Virus record (IMG/VR): IMGVR_UViG_3300025598_000021
DNA from: a virus
Strand: one strand, 5' to 3'
DNA length: 64,000 nt
Shown: positions 19,960 to 27,680 of the stretch, in pieces
How the letters are laid out: every line of letters starts with the position of its first letter
How positions within the stretch are numbered: position 1 is the first letter of the stretch
Made by a program: the position numbers and the translations under genes
The notes under the pieces: generated by a model
Told to the model about the DNA's origin: nothing
The model's database searches: none
What the model saw: only the letters and a program-made list of their open reading frames with translations

Positions 19960-20612
19960 TGGCAATAAGCTTCCCAACTAGTCCAACAGTAGGTCAGACG
20001 TATACTTATAACAACCGTACATGGATATGGAACGGTTCCGGTTGGGCTATTCAACAGACTACACTGAACGCTATAGAGATCGCCACCGGTCTCGGCTATA
20101 TCCCGTTCTCTGAGAACGGCGGGCGCATCAACACTCTAGGACAGTCCGGTGAGACCGTAATATACGGCAACAACGTCACGACACCAAACCTCTATACGGC
20201 TAATCACTTCTTTGAGTCCACGCAGAACAACTACATACAGTACAATGGTTCTAATGCGTATTCGTTCATAGCCGGCGGTGCGAACGTAGGGTATGCAAAC
20301 AGCAGCTCGTTTAACTTTGGCAACACGGTAAGTAACAACGTCGTCAGTAATACTATAATAGCAAACAGTTATATAATAAGTAACGGCTATATAACAGCTA
20401 ATAGCTATATGTCTGTTGGTAACACGACTGTTAATACTTCAGCAAACGGTCTAATGTTTCACGCGCATATGGGATACACGAACGAGAAGACATTTGGTCT
20501 TGGATCGTACTCCACTAACGCAAGCCTAAATATGGTAATAGTCGGTCCATACACGATCGCGACCGGAAATACTTTTGTAGTAACTACTGGATCTAGAGTA
20601 GTCATAGTCTAA
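19959..20612 (+). CDS. fibre adaptor protein
   Basis: MAISFP.SP.VGQTYT...RTW.WNG..W N-terminus; C-terminal VGPYTIA.G....T.GSRVVIV. Confidence 0.55.
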   Translation: MAISFPTSPTVGQTYTYNNRTWIWNGSGWAIQQTTLNAIEIATGLGYIPFSENGGRINTLGQSGETVIYGNNVTTPNLYTANHFFESTQNNYIQYNGSNAYSFIAGGANVGYANSSSFNFGNTVSNNVVSNTIIANSYIISNGYITANSYMSVGNTTVNTSANGLMFHAHMGYTNEKTFGLGSYSTNASLNMVIVGPYTIATGNTFVVTTGSRVVIV

Positions 20613-20621
20613 GGAATTATT

Positions 20622-21929
20622 ATGAGTACTTTGTCTGTAACAACTATCACTTCAGCAAACGGAACGACCGATCTCACTCTATCTTCTGGCAATACGACCG
20701 CCGGACAGATGGTGGTGTTGTCGAACGGTGCCGGCGTGGTGCTAAAGAGCAACGCGACGTCTACTTCTCTTGGCGTATATTCTAACGGCACCATGACTCT
20801 GACTGGCAATCTAGTAGCCAGTAACATATCGTTTGGCACCAACACGAGCTTCGCGGCCAACGTAGGTATCGGCACGGCAAATCCAGCCGTCACGCTAGAC
20901 ATGAGTGCGAAGACAGACTCGATTCTTCTACCCATCGGTAACACTGCTAACAGAAACATTCTCACGTCCAACGGACAGCTCAGGTTCAACAACGACGTCG
21001 CTAGAAAAGAGTACTGCACTGCGGGTTTTTGGATAAACGAGCAGAACGGATATACGCAGGTCACCGGTAAGACTAGAGTAGCATTTCAGTACACTGGAGC
21101 TCTACAGTCTTGGACTATACCTTCTAACGTCAACTACATCTTCGTGAAGTTGTGGGGTGCAGGCGGTGGTGGTGGCTCATACGGCAGTTGGAGACAGGGT
21201 GCGACCGGCGGCGGTGGTGGATATTCTGAGGGAATAGTTCCGGTGGTCCCCGGTCAGACCCTGTACATTCGCGTCGGTCAGAACGGCTATGCCAGATGGT
21301 CTTCAAATAAAGCGTATCCGGACGGCGGCGCTTCTTCTACTTCTACAGGCGATAACCAGTACTGCGGAGCCGGTGGCGGCTCTACGAGCATCGCGACGCC
21401 AAACGTCAACGCAAATAACTGGTGTATGTACGCCGGAGGCGGTGGCGGTGGCGGATCCGTAAACGGTTGGGGTAGAAATCCTGGTGGCGCCGGCGGCGGT
21501 CTAACAGGTGAAGACGGTTTTACTGAGTTAACGTCCTATACACCATACGCGTACGTAGGCAAGGCAGGAACGCAGTCTGCAGGTGGAGCAGGTGGTACCG
21601 GCGGTACCGCAGTAGGTGGGGCTGGTTCAGCGAACCAAGGTGGTACTACTCAGAACGGTAACAGCTACGGTGGCGGTGGTGGCGGCGGCTACTACGGCGG
21701 TGGGTCTGGATCTTACGCAGGCTCTTCAATGGCTGGCGGCGGAGGTGGATCAGGCTACATTCATCCATCGATCATCAGAGGCGTGACTCTTACTGGCATT
21801 AGAGAATATCCAGCTATGCCTAACGACCCAGACGCTATAGCGTATTCACTTAACGGCATTAATAGGATAGGCGTCGGTGGCGACGAGGGTTCTAACGGCG
21901 GCTATGGTCTAGCCATAGTATACTACTGA
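20622..21929 (+). CDS. glycine-rich receptor-binding/adhesin-like tail protein
   Basis: NVGIGT.NP fibre repeat followed by WGAGGGGG...GGGGGGYYGGG...GGGGGSGY glycine-rich domain. Confidence 0.7.
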   Translation: MSTLSVTTITSANGTTDLTLSSGNTTAGQMVVLSNGAGVVLKSNATSTSLGVYSNGTMTLTGNLVASNISFGTNTSFAANVGIGTANPAVTLDMSAKTDSILLPIGNTANRNILTSNGQLRFNNDVARKEYCTAGFWINEQNGYTQVTGKTRVAFQYTGALQSWTIPSNVNYIFVKLWGAGGGGGSYGSWRQGATGGGGGYSEGIVPVVPGQTLYIRVGQNGYARWSSNKAYPDGGASSTSTGDNQYCGAGGGSTSIATPNVNANNWCMYAGGGGGGGSVNGWGRNPGGAGGGLTGEDGFTELTSYTPYAYVGKAGTQSAGGAGGTGGTAVGGAGSANQGGTTQNGNSYGGGGGGGYYGGGSGSYAGSSMAGGGGGSGYIHPSIIRGVTLTGIREYPAMPNDPDAIAYSLNGINRIGVGGDEGSNGGYGLAIVYY

Positions 21930-21936
21930 GGTTGAG

Positions 21937-22260
21937 ATGAACAGAGATCAAATAACACAAGCTCTAATGTTCTACGCGCCTCAGGCAAAGTGGGAATTCA
22001 CTCCCATGATAGATATGGAGAACGCTGGATACACCAACATCATATGGAAAGATCCTTTCTATAAGAAGCCGACCATGAAAGAGCTTCAGCAGTACTACAG
22101 AGACTCTGTAGAGGCTTATAAGAATCAAGTGCTGTATAAGCTCGAGAGACAACACCACTATCCATCGGTAGAAGAGCAGCTAGACTTTATATATCACAAC
22201 GGTATCGACGCTTGGAAAGAAAGAATCAAAGCAGTTAAAGATAAGTTTCCAAAGAAGTAA
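21937..22260 (+). CDS. tail fibre assembly chaperone-like protein
   Basis: YPSVEEQLD.IYH.GIDAWK..IKAVKDKFPK; paralog of 9103. Confidence 0.65.
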   Translation: MNRDQITQALMFYAPQAKWEFTPMIDMENAGYTNIIWKDPFYKKPTMKELQQYYRDSVEAYKNQVLYKLERQHHYPSVEEQLDFIYHNGIDAWKERIKAVKDKFPKK

Positions 22261-22273
22261 GCAGGATTAAAGT

Positions 22274-22936
22274 ATGTCTACGTTACAAGTCGCCAATATA
22301 TATTTTGAATCTTCTGGCAACAACAGGATCCAGTATCTTGGATCTAATAACTATTCTTTTTATGCCGGCGGCTTGCCTACACTCACTGTCAACACGTCCA
22401 CAGTACTGTTTACAGCTTCTATGTCGTTTACGAGCATCGGTGCAAACACAGCCAGCGCTAATACGCTTACAGCAAACTCGTTTACCGTCGTGAATAACTA
22501 CTTTGTAGCTAACGGCTGGGTAGGACTAGGCAACTCGACTCCGATAGATAAGTTCTACGTGCAGGGTAACATCGTCGCATCCGGCGACGTGACTACCTCA
22601 TACTCAGACGAGAGACTAAAGACTCTGCTCTATAAGATCGAGCGTCCTCTAGAAAAGATAAATAGTCTAAACGGCTGGGCCTATAGCCCATCTGCTCTAT
22701 CTCTGAAGTTAAATCCTGAACAGAAGAATGAAATAAAACTAGGTGTTATAGCGCAAGAAGTCGAGAGCGTACTGCCTGAGATAGTTTCTATCGCTCCTTT
22801 TGATAGAAACGCTAATGGAGAGTCTGTCTCTGGCGATAAATACCTTACGGTTAGTTATGATAGAATTGTACCTGTTTTAATTGAGGCTATAAAAGAACTG
22901 ACTTCTAGAATAGAGAAATTAGAATCTAGGAGGTAG
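22274..22936 (+). CDS. short tail fibre with peptidase S74 intramolecular chaperone
   Basis: YSDERLK cleavage motif, GVIAQEVESVLPEIV, V.YDRIVPVLIEAIKEL coiled coil. Confidence 0.85.
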   Translation: MSTLQVANIYFESSGNNRIQYLGSNNYSFYAGGLPTLTVNTSTVLFTASMSFTSIGANTASANTLTANSFTVVNNYFVANGWVGLGNSTPIDKFYVQGNIVASGDVTTSYSDERLKTLLYKIERPLEKINSLNGWAYSPSALSLKLNPEQKNEIKLGVIAQEVESVLPEIVSIAPFDRNANGESVSGDKYLTVSYDRIVPVLIEAIKELTSRIEKLESRR

Positions 22937-22938
22937 CT

Positions 22939-23112
22939 ATGGCGTTTAAGATTGGTTCGACTACTATAGTAAATAATAGTATTCAGATACCATGGTCTCA
23001 GATCGATCTTTCGTCGTATGGAAACTATATCAATTCAGTATATTTTACCGGTTCTGATAAGATCATCAACGTTTATAACTCCGGTTCAGTCTTATACATC
23101 ATAAGGACTTAA
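22939..23112 (+). CDS. 57-aa mini-protein, paralog 1 of the Cys-tailed peptide (not in ORF track)
   Basis: Manual translation MAFKIGSTTIVNNSIQIPWSQIDLSSYGNYINSVYFTGSDKIINVYNSGSVLYIIRT*; strong RBS AGGAGG; fills the gap exactly. Confidence 0.8.
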   Translation: MAFKIGSTTIVNNSIQIPWSQIDLSSYGNYINSVYFTGSDKIINVYNSGSVLYIIRT

Positions 23113-23116
23113 TAGA

Positions 23117-23293
23117 ATGGCTTTTAAGATCGGAAGCACTGTCGTTATCGATAATTCCGGAAACGTTCCATGGTCTACTGTAGGATCCATTCCTTCTGGT
23201 ACCGTGATATCTATATCGGCGCCGAGCAGCGGCGGTGGCGTATATAGAGTAAGTGGGTGGGACGGTTACAATCTGACTTTCTATAGATCATAG
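23117..23293 (+). CDS. 58-aa mini-protein, paralog 2 (not in ORF track)
   Basis: Manual translation MAFKIGSTVVIDNSGNVPWSTVGSIPSGTVISISAPSSGGGVYRVSGWDGYNLTFYRS*; RBS AAGGA; same N-terminus as its neighbours. Confidence 0.8.
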   Translation: MAFKIGSTVVIDNSGNVPWSTVGSIPSGTVISISAPSSGGGVYRVSGWDGYNLTFYRS

Positions 23294-23304
23294 GTCAACA
23301 CACG

Positions 23305-23562
23305 ATGGCGTTAAAAGTAAACACGACTACGGTCTTCAACAACAGCGCAAAGATTCCATACACGCAGGTGAGTGGTTTTCCACAGCTTGTGACTTCTGCT
23401 AGTTCTACTCCTACAGGTGATGGCACTAATCCGATCGGTGGCACAGGCACCTACTGCTACGCTTTCAGCTTCAGTGGTGGATCGCTAGTCGCTACATTTG
23501 ATACTAACTGTGCATGCGTTTGTGCGTGCTGCTGTTGTTGCGCCTGCTGTTGTAACTGTTAG
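23305..23562 (+). CDS. Cys-tailed peptide; candidate radical SAM substrate (RiPP-like precursor / fibre-tip subunit)
   Basis: Ends NCACVCACCCCCACCCNC*; N-terminus MALKVNTTTVFNNS..IPY paralogous to the two upstream mini-ORFs; lies near an rSAM/SPASM gene. Confidence 0.8.
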   Translation: MALKVNTTTVFNNSAKIPYTQVSGFPQLVTSASSTPTGDGTNPIGGTGTYCYAFSFSGGSLVATFDTNCACVCACCCCCACCCNC

Positions 23563-23570
23563 TTAGAGTT

Positions 23571-24458
23571 ATGGCAACTAATTTAAAGATATTCACATAT
23601 GGTTCGAACAATCCATCAATAGCGTCGATTACAGAATCATCTAATGGAAATATTGAAATAAGAATTAAGGCGGTCGATCAGCTATCTTATGACATGCCTA
23701 ATGAAGACGCGTGCAACTATATTTGGAACTTCAATCCAAAAGAATTATTAAAGTCTAAAGACCAATGTCCAAATAAAGCAGGAGTCTTTGATCTAGTAGG
23801 TTTTTCGACCAAAGACATAGTGAAGGGGACACCGATAGTTACTCCTCCGCTAGTCAATAGACTTAAGACGTACTATCAGTCTAACTTTAAAAGACTAGAG
23901 AGTAATGACTTCTTTGGCTCAATAGATATAAATCCTAAACACACAAATATATCTCTGCGCATGCAGGCCAACTGCAAGATAATTTCAAACCTATCATATG
24001 ATACCTTTGATTATGTAAAAGACAATGGTTATACGCAAGCACTTGGCACGTCTATATTAATTACGCCGCCGTCGAATAAGCACCAAGGAAACACCACGCC
24101 AGTGCCACAAGACGTGTATCCTTTTACTCTTTCATACAGTGGTCCTACGCAGATACCACTAAGTGGCGGAATATTTAATATATCATTCGACTTTGATAAT
24201 CATGGAATAAAAGGTAAAGGTGGTAAGAACAAGAATCCAGGTAAAAAACCAGGTCAAGAGTATCATGACTTGTGCGACTACAACGTAGTATATGCCAACG
24301 CTGATAAAGGTAAGATCGATCCTTCTTGTAAGATAATAAATAAAAAAGGAAGTATAAGCTTTGATCCTACTGGGCTGTCAGTAGGAGACACAGTTACGGT
24401 AGATATTGGAGTGCACTGGTTTCTACTATCAATAAGAATACAGTTTCAAATAATATAA
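23571..24458 (+). CDS. hypothetical protein with beta-rich/Ig-like C-terminus; accessory of the rSAM cluster
   Basis: 295 aa ORF between the peptide and the rSAM; C-terminal G.ISF...GL..GDTVTV.IG beta-strand pattern. Confidence 0.5.
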   Translation: MATNLKIFTYGSNNPSIASITESSNGNIEIRIKAVDQLSYDMPNEDACNYIWNFNPKELLKSKDQCPNKAGVFDLVGFSTKDIVKGTPIVTPPLVNRLKTYYQSNFKRLESNDFFGSIDINPKHTNISLRMQANCKIISNLSYDTFDYVKDNGYTQALGTSILITPPSNKHQGNTTPVPQDVYPFTLSYSGPTQIPLSGGIFNISFDFDNHGIKGKGGKNKNPGKKPGQEYHDLCDYNVVYANADKGKIDPSCKIINKKGSISFDPTGLSVGDTVTVDIGVHWFLLSIRIQFQII

Positions 24459-24475
24459 ATGATAAGGATTTTATT

Positions 24476-25792
24476 ATGTTTGAATTGATTATGATAGATC
24501 AAGAAAATAAAAGACGTTCTATATTTTATGATCCACATAAGTCTACCGTCTCTGATAAAGATGGAAAAGATATACTAATAACTGATGTTAAACCTCATTC
24601 TTGCTTTAAGAAAGCAATAGGTATATCGCCGACAAATCCTGGCTCAAAGGTATCCAAATTAAGTAAAATTCGTATCCAGTTAGGACTCGGGTGTAACTAT
24701 TCATGCTCGTACTGTCTTCAGAAAGATCAAATTAAAGATTCAACAAAGACAAGTCTTAGAGACGCTGAAATATTCATGAAGAATCTAGACAAGTGGGTAG
24801 AAGGAGCTCCAGCAGAGATTGAGTTCTGGGGAGGTGAGCCTCTTCTTTATTGGAATAAGATTAAGTTTCTTCTTGAAAAATTAACTGAAAGATTTCCGGA
24901 AGTTTCATATCTTATTATCACCAACGGAAGCTTGATAGATGACGATTTTATTGAGACCGTAGAGAAATATAACATTAGAGTCGCTATATCTCATGATGGT
25001 CCTGGTCAGTATAACCGAGGACCAGATCCATTAGACAATCCTATACAGTTTGAGATGATTAAGAAGTTCTTCGATCGTAGAAAAAACAACATGAGTTTTA
25101 ACTCAGTGATCACCCCTTCTAATATGAATCTCGATAAGATAGAACAGTTCTTTAAATCAAAGTTTGGTCAAGAAGCGAGAATAAGTTTTGAAGGTGTAGT
25201 GATAAACTACGACGACGGTGAGTCAAATACTTTTACTACTGAGCAGTATAATGAACTTTCTAAGAACGTAGCGATGTCTTGTATGAGACCATTTGAGAAT
25301 CTACCTAATACGTTCCAGATAAAGATTCGCGAATTCATGAAGACTCTACAGAATAAGTTAAGTTCTGATTCTGTATTTCAGAAGTGCGGAATGGACAGAG
25401 AAGACTATATAGCCGTAGATCTATTAGGTAACGTCATGACGTGTCAGAATACTGGTTCTACTGGAAAGCATAGAATTGGACACGTCTATTCGCTAGATAA
25501 AGTTAAACTTAATACGTCGTGGCATTGGTCGCAGAGAGAAGAATGCTCCCACTGTCCCGTGCTGCAGCTATGTGCAGGATCGTGCATGTATGTTGAGGGT
25601 CCAAGCTGGTATCACTCGTGCAACAATGAATACTACTACAACATGGGAATACTCGCAGGAGCGATGTATCATATGACTGGAATGATCTTAGAAGAAGTAA
25701 AAGGAGAGACCTGGAGGCCGGATCCAGCTGACTATGGCGTTACTATTAAAGATCATAGTCAAAATATAGTTGATGGACTTTTAGAAGTATGA
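24476..25792 (+). CDS. radical SAM enzyme with SPASM domain (peptide/protein maturase type)
   Basis: CNYSCSYC (CxxxCxxC), FWGGEPLL, ITNG, ISHDG; SPASM Cys pattern CG...C...CSHC...CAGSC...C. Confidence 0.92.
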   Translation: MFELIMIDQENKRRSIFYDPHKSTVSDKDGKDILITDVKPHSCFKKAIGISPTNPGSKVSKLSKIRIQLGLGCNYSCSYCLQKDQIKDSTKTSLRDAEIFMKNLDKWVEGAPAEIEFWGGEPLLYWNKIKFLLEKLTERFPEVSYLIITNGSLIDDDFIETVEKYNIRVAISHDGPGQYNRGPDPLDNPIQFEMIKKFFDRRKNNMSFNSVITPSNMNLDKIEQFFKSKFGQEARISFEGVVINYDDGESNTFTTEQYNELSKNVAMSCMRPFENLPNTFQIKIREFMKTLQNKLSSDSVFQKCGMDREDYIAVDLLGNVMTCQNTGSTGKHRIGHVYSLDKVKLNTSWHWSQREECSHCPVLQLCAGSCMYVEGPSWYHSCNNEYYYNMGILAGAMYHMTGMILEEVKGETWRPDPADYGVTIKDHSQNIVDGLLEV

Positions 25793-26535
25793 GACAGCTA
25801 AAGATAGATGAGACCGTTTGTCTTGATGATTTAGTAGATGTAGAAGAACTTAAGTCTCTTCATGATAGATTATGTGTGTCTATAGCCAATGCGTACGACG
25901 ACGGAAGAGTTTCAGTACAGTCTCTTGGAAATTTGCTGTCTGAGAGATATCCATATCCTAGCATACTAGATAAATTTATTCAATTTGGAAAAGCTAAAGT
26001 AAATATTCCTAAAGAAATAGACAATAATGACAAGCTATTAAGATACATAATGTTCACTGAAAAGACTACCGGAATAGCTAGTGTAATAAGTATATTTAAT
26101 TATAAAATCAGCGATGATCATAAAATTAGTAAAAACTATAAAGAATTTTATTCTATAATAGAGTGGATAAAGAAACAGGATCTATACTCAGAACTTATAC
26201 AGTGTAATCTAGTATTAAGTCAGAGCGGTGAACCAACACCTATTCACGATCATCCTAGACCAAAGAGTTTTCCAAATAGCTTTGAAGAAATAGACGAAGA
26301 GACAAGATTTTCTTTATGGATAAGACTTAACACTGATAGAAAATTATTCATGTACGATCATAAAACAAAAACTAAACACTATATAAAAGACAAAGATGGC
26401 GGTGGACTGGTGTTCTATTGGGATTCTAGCAGCTTCCATGGTGCCGATCCGTCATGGAACGCCACGTACGCGTTCGTGATAACGGGTATTCCATCAAAAA
26501 AACTGTTTGATTTTATTGATCAAAAACTCAAATAA
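25789..26535 (+). CDS. cupin/DSBH Fe(II) oxygenase-like protein
   Basis: TPIHDH...FYWDSSSFHGAD metal-ligand spacing; ATGA-coupled to the rSAM gene. Confidence 0.6.
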   Translation: MRQLKIDETVCLDDLVDVEELKSLHDRLCVSIANAYDDGRVSVQSLGNLLSERYPYPSILDKFIQFGKAKVNIPKEIDNNDKLLRYIMFTEKTTGIASVISIFNYKISDDHKISKNYKEFYSIIEWIKKQDLYSELIQCNLVLSQSGEPTPIHDHPRPKSFPNSFEEIDEETRFSLWIRLNTDRKLFMYDHKTKTKHYIKDKDGGGLVFYWDSSSFHGADPSWNATYAFVITGIPSKKLFDFIDQKLK

Positions 26536-26563
26536 ATAAATTAAAAAAAGATAGGATAAACAG

Positions 26564-27247
26564 ATGTCAACATTAACGGTAGGTAACATCACAGGAACGC
26601 CTATAATTAGTTCTGGACCTATAACAGGTACCGGTGATTTTACTACTACCGGCAATATAACTGCCAATAATCTAACAGCTAATGGTACTTTTACCGGTAA
26701 TAATCTTACAGGTAATAGCTTTTCTGGTAATAATTTTTACGGCATCAACGCATCGATTAATACTCTGCAGCCAAGATCTGGTAATCTTATAAGTGTTCCT
26801 GTTGGTTATAATATCTATTCTCCAGGTACTCCTGTGCAGACCGTTATAAACAGAGTCACGTCTTCATATAGTACATCGTCTTCAACTCTTAGTAATTTTT
26901 TTAATACTTCTATAACTATTAAAACGGTGGCTCCTATAATTATGGTTTTTCTACACTGTAAGCAGAGGTGTGACGTTAGTGGAACTTGGAATCTAGCGTA
27001 TTTTCAGATATACGAAAATCTTACAGCAACACCGGTAGCGTATTCTGGATATAACGGTGTTAACGCTTCTGGTTGGATTCATGATTATACTACAGAAAAA
27101 CCGTTCTATGCTCCTGGAGCTATAGGAACAACATATACATTTGCGCTTAATGTCGGTTCGTATAGTGGAACACAGTATTTTAATTCTCCATCAAACTCAT
27201 CAGATGATGGTTATGCAATAATGAAATTAACAGAGATAGCGAGATAA
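26564..27247 (+). CDS. tail fibre tip protein
   Basis: MSTLTVGNI start; PGTPVQTV...MKLTEIA tip domain like the C-terminus of 5774. Confidence 0.65.
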   Translation: MSTLTVGNITGTPIISSGPITGTGDFTTTGNITANNLTANGTFTGNNLTGNSFSGNNFYGINASINTLQPRSGNLISVPVGYNIYSPGTPVQTVINRVTSSYSTSSSTLSNFFNTSITIKTVAPIIMVFLHCKQRCDVSGTWNLAYFQIYENLTATPVAYSGYNGVNASGWIHDYTTEKPFYAPGAIGTTYTFALNVGSYSGTQYFNSPSNSSDDGYAIMKLTEIAR

Positions 27248-27249
27248 AG

Positions 27250-27633
27250 ATGAAATACACTATAATAGAAGCTCTTTCTGTTTTATCTCCTGGTTCAGAA
27301 TGGAGCATAAGAGACACTGATTACTCTTCAATCCAATGGATGAGTCCAGGTTATCCACCTTATTTAGAATCTCTAGAATCTAAAGTATTAGAACTAAACA
27401 CTGCTGAGCCGATGAGACTGCTTAGGTTGGAACGAGACAGAAGATTGTCAGAAACAGACTGGATGGCCGTGTCTGACAGGATTATGACAGACGATCAAAA
27501 GACTTATAGGCAGGCTCTTAGAGACCTACCAGATAAGATAACAACTTCTCCAAAATTAAATGAAATTTTTGAGCTAGATGTGTCCAGCGTAGACTGGCCT
27601 GTTCTGGGAAATACTGCGACGGCGACTAATTAA
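27250..27633 (+). CDS. tail fibre assembly chaperone
   Basis: LRLERDRRLSETDW...YRQALRDLP...V.WP. Confidence 0.75.
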   Translation: MKYTIIEALSVLSPGSEWSIRDTDYSSIQWMSPGYPPYLESLESKVLELNTAEPMRLLRLERDRRLSETDWMAVSDRIMTDDQKTYRQALRDLPDKITTSPKLNEIFELDVSSVDWPVLGNTATATN

Positions 27634-27644
27634 ACCCTAAAACG

Positions 27645-27652
27645 TATAAATA
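27645..27652 (+). promoter_or_regulatory. T4-type late promoter
   Basis: Intergenic TATAAATA. Confidence 0.8.
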
Positions 27653-27680
27653 AGATTATACCAAAACCAGGAAAAAAGCA

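Noticed and set aside
23509-23559. Cys tract as a microsatellite artefact or a stand-alone metallothionein
   Set aside because: Mixed TGT/TGC codons, strict CX register, a paralogous N-terminus and a nearby rSAM/SPASM gene argue for a dedicated substrate. Metal binding itself is not excluded.
24476-25792. Anaerobic sulfatase maturase or cofactor-biosynthesis (PqqE/MoaA/QueE/NrdG) annotation
   Set aside because: No sulfatase, pqq, que or nrdD genes nearby; the context is tail genes plus a Cys-rich peptide.
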